41,186 nucleotides of DNA from Nemertoderma westbladi (lineage: Eukaryota; Animalia; Xenacoelomorpha), in assembly GCA_032718475.1 (NCBI GenBank), contig JAUCBJ010006971.1, forward strand, positions 1-41,186, written 5' to 3'. The notes beneath the pieces are model-generated. The model was not told the DNA's origin. It was given only the letters and a program-made list of their open reading frames with translations, and made no database searches. Of this stretch, positions 34,464-41,186 are shown one piece after another. The position numbers and the translations under genes are program-made. Each line of letters opens with the position of its first letter. Position 1 is the first letter of the stretch.

Positions 34464-35731
34464 CGAGAAAGGCATTTCCTAAAGGAAATGCAACCACGAA
34501 GCTAAGGAAAATTAAACAAACGGCCACACTTTGGTTCGTTGCTTTAGCCTCGTTTAGTAGCAATTGTCAATAATTAACTTCTATTCCCATGGAAACTAGA
34601 GTTCTCTGGAACTGTTGCTTTAACCTTTGAAAAAAAATTCAGTACAGATTGTGGTTCAGATAACACATATACTGAGTTTCAGAAAATATTGTAGTTTATG
34701 TCCAAATTACCGATTGTCTATCAAAATGCATCTGTTTGCAGTGGTTCTCCTGGAAACTGAAAAATAGAACAATGTAATTCGGATGCAGAATAAGTCACAT
34801 AGTGGGGGTAGGGGTTAGTCCCAAGTCATAATACTATTAACTTGTGCTTCAAATTATCATTTTATAAATTTTAACATCTGTTTAGACTTGTTGCTATGGT
34901 AACTGTATTTTCTAATTAACCTCAAACGGCTTGGATATGGATCTTATAGATGAGTTGCAAAACCCCAAGTTTATATATATTACAGTTTTTCTACAAATAG
35001 AGTTATCAATATAGATTTGAATGATATAGAGTTTAATAAACTACAGTTACCATGGTAACTAAATTTCTGGAATAATTTAAGTTTCACTAAAAGTTCCAAC
35101 TAGTGGTCCAGATAACACATACCCAGTTTTGTAAAATTTTATCGTGAAGTCTATGTCCAAATGAATAAGTTTTGAATAAAAACATCTGTTTTCAGCGGTT
35201 GTCATGGTAACTGAAAAATAGAACAATGTAATTCGGATGCAGAATAAGTTATATAGTGGGGGTAGGGGTTGGTCCCAAGTCATAACACCTTGCCCTTAGG
35301 CCTCAAATTAACATTTTATAAATTTTAACATCTGTTTATCCCGGTTGCCAAGGTAACTGGATTTTCTATTTAGCCTCAATCGGATCTGCTATGGACCTTA
35401 TAGTTGTGTTGCGAAACCCCAAGTTTATATCTATTATAGTTTTCCTACAAATAGAGTTCTAAATATTGACTTGAAATACATAGACTTTTTTTGAAGTCCG
35501 TTGCCATGGAAACCAGATTTTTCCTGGATATGAGACCCGGCCCAAAAGATGCGCCTCGTCGAGTAGTATATACATGCAAAATTTCAGGGTACTTTTAAAG
35601 GCTAGTTTTTTCACCTATCAAAAAACCCCAAATCTGCCTCATACAAGTAAAATAGCCCACTATGAATAGACCATCTCAGCTAAGGAAAATCTTTCTTAGC
35701 GAAAGTAGTTGATTTTCCTTAGCTTCGTGGA
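34464..35731 (-). mobile_element. Non-autonomous Helitron/Helentron-type element, copy 5
   Basis: Same structure. The 3' end is CTCG, as in copy 1. Confidence 0.85.
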
Positions 35732-35846
35732 TCTTTATTAAGTGTTTTATAGCGCTTATTTCTGTCTTATAACCTGTACATATGCTAATTCGTTTATTGT
35801 TTTGGTTAGATTCAGCCCTTCTGTAACCTGTGTTTTTGGTGAAAAC

Positions 35847-35971
35847 CTGGTATTCTTCACATGGGGGTAACAGCAAAGTGAAATATAACGGCAGAAAGTC
35901 TGGTATTCTTCACATGGGGTTAACTGCAAAGTGAAATATAACGGCAGAAAGTCTGGTATTCTTCACATGGG
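35847..35971. repeat. 53-bp tandem repeat, ~2.4 copies
   Basis: The unit is CTGGTATTCTTCACATGGGG(G/T)TAAC(A/T)GCAAAGTGAAATATAACGGCAGAAAGT. Confidence 0.9.
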
Positions 35972-36654
35972 CCCTATTGTCAGTAAGTAGCAAAGTAAAT
36001 ACAAAAGGAAGTCAATAAACCCAGGGTGCTTTTATTTTTAACTTGAGTATTGGTGAATGCGATTATACGCGTTTACATTGCAAACTTTACAAGGTAAGCA
36101 ACTTATACCCCTGGAGCCGGACCTCCTGGTATATAGGAGTGGAGGGAGTCATGCGCTTATTCACAGTATATAGATGTAAGAAACAATGCATATCGAGGTT
36201 AGCTGGTCTCATTCAAAAGATGCATTTCTATCTGTTTCGTTTCGCGTTGAAATTAATTTAATTTCAGAATATAAACGATTTATCTAAATATATTGATTAG
36301 TTGGAGAATATATTTATTAACTAATAATAATAATATCTTTACATACTGTAGTTGTAGTTGCGAATGTAGTATACAGACAGATTTTAAACACGAATAAATT
36401 AATTGTTAAATTCCGAGAGGATTTTTTATTCACTGTAGAAAAAACGGCAGTGAGTATATGCATGGTATTTGCAAAAACAGTTTCCTGGTCTAAATTAATT
36501 TTTAGGACCTACGCGTAGCTACGCGTCGGTCGAAAATATTTACCCTCAATCTACCGTAATCCAGTAATTGTGTAAAAAGACTGCACAGGTGTAAGAAATA
36601 ATACCGGTAACAGGGTAACATCAAATCAGACTGTAAGTCATACTAGTAAGTCAA

Positions 36655-39600
36655 GTTGTTCATTCTAAATTAATGTGTAAACTTGCTGGTTACGGTATCA
36701 GTGGAAAACTGCATGCTTGGCTTGCAGCGTTTCTCTCCAACCGTACCCAACAAGTTGTTTATCTGAATCACTGAATCTCATGACGTAATATTGCAAGGTA
36801 GTGAGTGTATTAGGGCCGTTACTACTGTATTTGTTCTTTATATATATATGACCTTCCCCCGTTGCTAGGTTCAGTTCAATGCAAGCTGTATGCGGATGAT
36901 GTGAAAATTTACGCTACTTCGGCAGCCAACATAAATTTAACTGAAGCGCTGCAGGTACTGTACTTTCAACTTGGGCTGATTCATGGCAATTATTGATTGC
37001 CGCCCATAAATGCCAGCCAAGTCATATATTTTGGGTTTGGAAACCCAGCAACGCACATTATCTAAATAATTCGATATTAGATTCGGCCGCGGCCATTCTA
37101 GAGATCTTGGTGTTTCAATGTGATCTGATTTAAAGTTTTCGGTGTATTGTAAAGAGCAAGTTAGTAAAGCGCATATTATATTTCGGTGTTTTTATTTTAT
37201 ACTACAGTAGTAACTGAGTAATCCGAAAGCTTTACTACTGTAACTGCATATTAGACTTATGTAAGACTGTAAGACCACTTCTTGAATATTGTACTGTAGT
37301 TTGGTCGCCTTTCCAGCTTACAATATAGATCTAGTAGAACGTGTCCAGCATTATCTTTCTATACGATTATTTGCAAGGTGCAATATGATCAATATTAGTT
37401 ACGCTGATAGACTACTTTTTCTTAAATTGCAGTCACTGGAAGTTCGACGAATCATATTCGATCTGAAAATGAAAATGAAACCTAGTAAATCTGTATTTGG
37501 TATTTCTCAGAATTATTTTCATACACACACACTTAGTATAGAGATCACAGTTGCAAATTATACACGTCACAAAACAGACTAGCTATTACGCATTTGCTAA
37601 CAGAGTAGTTCCTTTATGGAATTATTTACCCGTAGAAGTTGTCGATTCAAGTACCTTAAAAATGTTTTCTACAATAAAAAGGAGGAAAAACGTTGACCTA
37701 CTAAACGTTGACCTACTAAACGTTGACCTACTAAACGTTGACCTACTAAACGTTGACCTACTAAACGTTGACCTACTAAACGTTGACCTACTAAACGTTG
37801 ACCTACTAAACGTTGACCTACTAAACGTTGACCTACTAAACGTTGACCTACTAAACGTTGACCTACTAAACGTTGACCTACTAAACGTTGACCTACTAAA
37901 CGTTGACCTACTAAACGTTGACCTACTAAACGTTGACCTACTAAACGTTGACCTACTAAACGTTGACCTACTAAACGTTGACCTACTAAACGTTGACCTA
38001 CTAAACGTTGACCTACTAAACGTTGACCTACTAAACGTTGACCTACTAAACGTTGACCTACTAAACGTTGACCTACTAAACGTTGACCTACTAAACGTTG
38101 ACCTACTAAACGTTGACCTACTAAACGTTGACCTACTAAACGTTGACCTACTAAACGTTGACCTACTAAACGTTGACCTACTAAACGTTGACCTACTAAA
38201 CGTTGACCTACTAAACGTTGACCTACTAAACGTTGACCTACTAAACGTTGACCTACTAAACGTTGACCTACTAAACGTTGACCTACTAAACGTTGACCTA
38301 CTAAACGTTGACCTACTAAACGTTGACCTACTAAACGTTGACCTACTAAACGTTGACCTACTAAACGTTGACCTACTAAACGTTGACCTACTAAACGTTG
38401 ACCTACTAAACGTTGACCTACTAAACGTTGACCTACTAAACGTTGACCTACTAAACGTTGACCTACTAAACGTTGACCTACTAAACGTTGACCTACTAAA
38501 CGTTGACCTACTAAACGTTGACCTACTAAACGTTGACCTACTAAACGTTGACCTACTAAACGTTGACCTACTAAACGTTGACCTACTAAACGTTGACCTA
38601 CTAAACGTTGACCTACTAAACGTTGACCTACTAAACGTTGACCTACTAAACGTTGACCTACTAAACGTTGACCTACTAAACGTTGACCTACTAAACGTTG
38701 ACCTACTAAACGTTGACCTACTAAACGTTGACCTACTAAACGTTGACCTACTAAACGTTGACCTACTAAACGTTGACCTACTAAACGTTGACCTACTAAA
38801 CGTTGACCTACTAAACGTTGACCTACTAAACGTTGACCTACTAAACGTTGACCTACTAAACGTTGACCTACTAAACGTTGACCTACTAAACGTTGACCTA
38901 CTAAACGTTGACCTACTAAACGTTGACCTACTAAACGTTGACCTACTAAACGTTGACCTACTAAACGTTGACCTACTAAACGTTGACCTACTAAACGTTG
39001 ACCTACTAAACGTTGACCTACTAAACGTTGACCTACTAAACGTTGACCTACTAAACGTTGACCTACTAAACGTTGACCTACTAAACGTTGACCTACTAAA
39101 CGTTGACCTACTAAACGTTGACCTACTAAACGTTGACCTACTAAACGTTGACCTACTAAACGTTGACCTACTAAACGTTGACCTACTAAACGTTGACCTA
39201 CTAAACGTTGACCTACTAAACGTTGACCTACTAAACGTTGACCTACTAAACGTTGACCTACTAAACGTTGACCTACTAAACGTTGACCTACTAAACGTTG
39301 ACCTACTAAACGTTGACCTACTAAACGTTGACCTACTAAACGTTGACCTACTAAACGTTGACCTACTAAACGTTGACCTACTAAACGTTGACCTACTAAA
39401 CGTTGACCTACTAAACGTTGACCTACTAAACGTTGACCTACTAAACGTTGACCTACTAAACGTTGACCTACTAAACGTTGACCTACTAAACGTTGACCTA
39501 CTAAACGTTGACCTACTAAACGTTGACCTACTAAACGTTGACCTACTAAACGTTGACCTACTAAACGTTGACCTACTAAACGTTGACCTACTAAACGTTG

Positions 39601-39686
39601 ACCTACTAAACGTTGACCTACTAAACGTTGACCTACTAAACGTTGACCTACAAAGGTTTTGCAAGTTTAATCGATTTGATGAATAA
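36655..39686 (+). mobile_element. Degenerate 5'-truncated CR1-group LINE (RT and C-terminal region), interrupted by a 15-bp array
   Basis: Motifs are VHSKLMCKLAGYGISGKLHAWLAAFLSNRTQQV, QGS.LGPLLF, CKLYADDVKIY, WADSWQL, RDLGV, VRPLLEYCTVVWSP, LVERVQ, SYADRL..LKLQSLEVRR and FANRVVPLWNYLP. There are many small indels, and the 3' UTR probably extends beyond 39686. Confidence 0.93.
37688..39651. repeat. Perfect 15-bp minisatellite, ~131 copies
   Basis: The unit is AAACGTTGACCTACT. No variant unit is seen over 1964 bp. Confidence 0.99.
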
Positions 39687-41019
39687 TATAATATTACAAT
39701 ATAATATTACAATATAATATTACAGTATATTAATTTCTTATATTATACAGTAATACTACATTAATACACAATGGTGCTTCTTTTTTTTCGTTGTAATTTT
39801 AAAAGTGTTGATTTACATTAATTACGTACGGTATGTGGTAACAACTTCTTTAGGTAATTACTGTCATACCTTTTTGTTGTATGTTATTTATCGCGGGCTC
39901 CATAAGTGCTATATCCTATATGCCTGGACGGTCTTCCCCCTCTTTATATGTTACTGAATTTACTTCTGCTGTTTGCTGCTCCATTTTACTTTGATCGTTA
40001 TTTTATGGGTTTATTTTTGGCTGCAAGCTGGCTACAAACAATGGGTCAACAACGAACAACCCGCCCTGGTAGCCAATGAGAGAACCTAGATTAAGATATT
40101 TAGCTGCAATACAGTATATGATAGGCCTAGAGTAGTGTAATTGAATTACTATCAAAATCTATAAATAGATAGGGTCTGCCAACAAGCTTTCCACCCCGGA
40201 GTAGTGACGAGTAGCAACATAGAACAAATACACAACTTACACCATGACCATACAATGTAATTAGTCAAAGGCTGCTTTGGCAATGCCAGTGCCATTATAG
40301 AGTAATTGGACCAAAAGGAATGGTGGGGAGTCAGGTCAGTGGGCAGAAGTAGCATGTGAATCCAATAATATTGATTACCAACAATGCAACAATATCATAA
40401 GACGACGGTGTTATTAATAAGAAAAAAGAACAAGACATGACTGGGGGCAGTGGGTAGGTCTTGTCTGGGTGGGCAGTGCCCCCCAAAGCCCCCTCGCACG
40501 GTACGGGCCTGATCCATATACAATCTATCGTTGGTAATGTAATTACATTTTTCGTGTGGTCATAACAAAAGGGGTTTCAACACATAAATTACATACAGTA
40601 CATTAAAAGCTTGGCTCTGGCTTATTCCCCCCCCCCCCCCCCCCCCCCCCACTGGCCTGCGCGCGCCCGGGTCCACTCGCCCCACCCCCGACCAACGTAA
40701 CGCCACTGCCGCTGGGGATTAGTATTCCAAATCGTATCTGTGATGTGTTTCCAGTTGTTTCGGTTTTTTAGCATCCAGTATTAGACTGTGAACTGTATGT
40801 ACCGGTCCCGCGTGGGCTTTGTGTCGAATCTAATTTCACTGAGGCCTAAGCGTTTTTCATGACCTTTCTCTCGTATCTCATCTGGACCAATCAGGAAACA
40901 GTATTCGGCTACGCGTATGCATACGCGTATGTCAAATCGTTCAATGTAATGTCTAGATACGTGGATACGTACGCACATACGTGGATACGTACGGCATACC
41001 CGCGTACTGCCTTTTTAAC

Positions 41020-41135
41020 ATCTACCGTAGGTGTTTTAAAACTACGCGTAGTTGTTTTGGAACTACGCGTAGGTATTTTGAAACTACGCGTAGGTCTACC
41101 GTAGCTACGCGTAGATGCTACGCGTAGCAGTCCTG
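41020..41135. mobile_element. Probable terminal region of a hAT-like element with CTACGCGTAG palindromic subrepeats
   Basis: At least five CTACGCGTAG palindromes end in ..GTCCTG (CAGGAC on the minus strand). A related TAGGACCTACGCGTAGCTACGCGT lies at 36503-36526, but no TSD links the two. Confidence 0.45.
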
Positions 41136-41186
41136 ATAACAATGATTTTTCATTTCAGGTCCGGTAGGGTTGAGTTGTTCGGCAAG

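Noticed and set aside
29499-35283. Repeated short ORFs (MFYFAVTLTTAENRC..., MTWDQPLPP...)
   Set aside because: They recur only because the non-coding element is repeated, and the frames are not conserved across copies.
37551-39686. 711-aa (LLNVD)n and 680-aa (STFSR)n ORFs as genes, e.g. a pentapeptide-repeat protein
   Set aside because: They arise from a perfect 15-bp DNA repeat with no synonymous variation inside a dead LINE.
36503-41135. A single large hAT element enclosing the CR1 LINE
   Set aside because: The ends share CTACGCGTAG motifs, but the flanks (TTAATTTT vs ATAACAAT) do not form a TSD.

Overview
This is eukaryotic, most likely invertebrate animal, AT-rich genomic DNA dominated by transposable elements and tandem repeats. 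No prokaryotic features, CRISPR arrays or rRNA are present. Two conserved housekeeping genes are clear and both have fully intronless CDSs: ERGIC1 (18629-19495, -) and ORC4 (26543-27871, -). Two Cys/Pro-rich orphan coding segments (7632-8390 and 13412-13940, +) flank a deleted Sola1-type transposon. The rest comprises two dead APE/RT LINE fragments, three tRNA-derived SINEs, several MITEs, a foldback element just upstream of ORC4, and five same-orientation ~1.27-kb non-autonomous Helitron-type elements. Most long ORFs in the supplied track are by-products of minisatellites that expanded inside dead TEs. The most notable observations are: (1) the Helitron cluster carries an RFX X-box-like motif every ~153 bp; (2) a SINE contains ~80 copies of a cUUCGg hairpin; (3) TA-CTG/CAG-TA transposon excision scars are dense, and removing them restores a fossil RT reading frame; (4) there is a 28-bp TIR-only element with a 7-bp TSD; (5) a GG-phased 20-bp cryptic repeat lies downstream of a LINE ORF. 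I see no evidence of a clearly new protein-coding system. All family assignments come from recalled motifs, not searches, and all counts are by hand.
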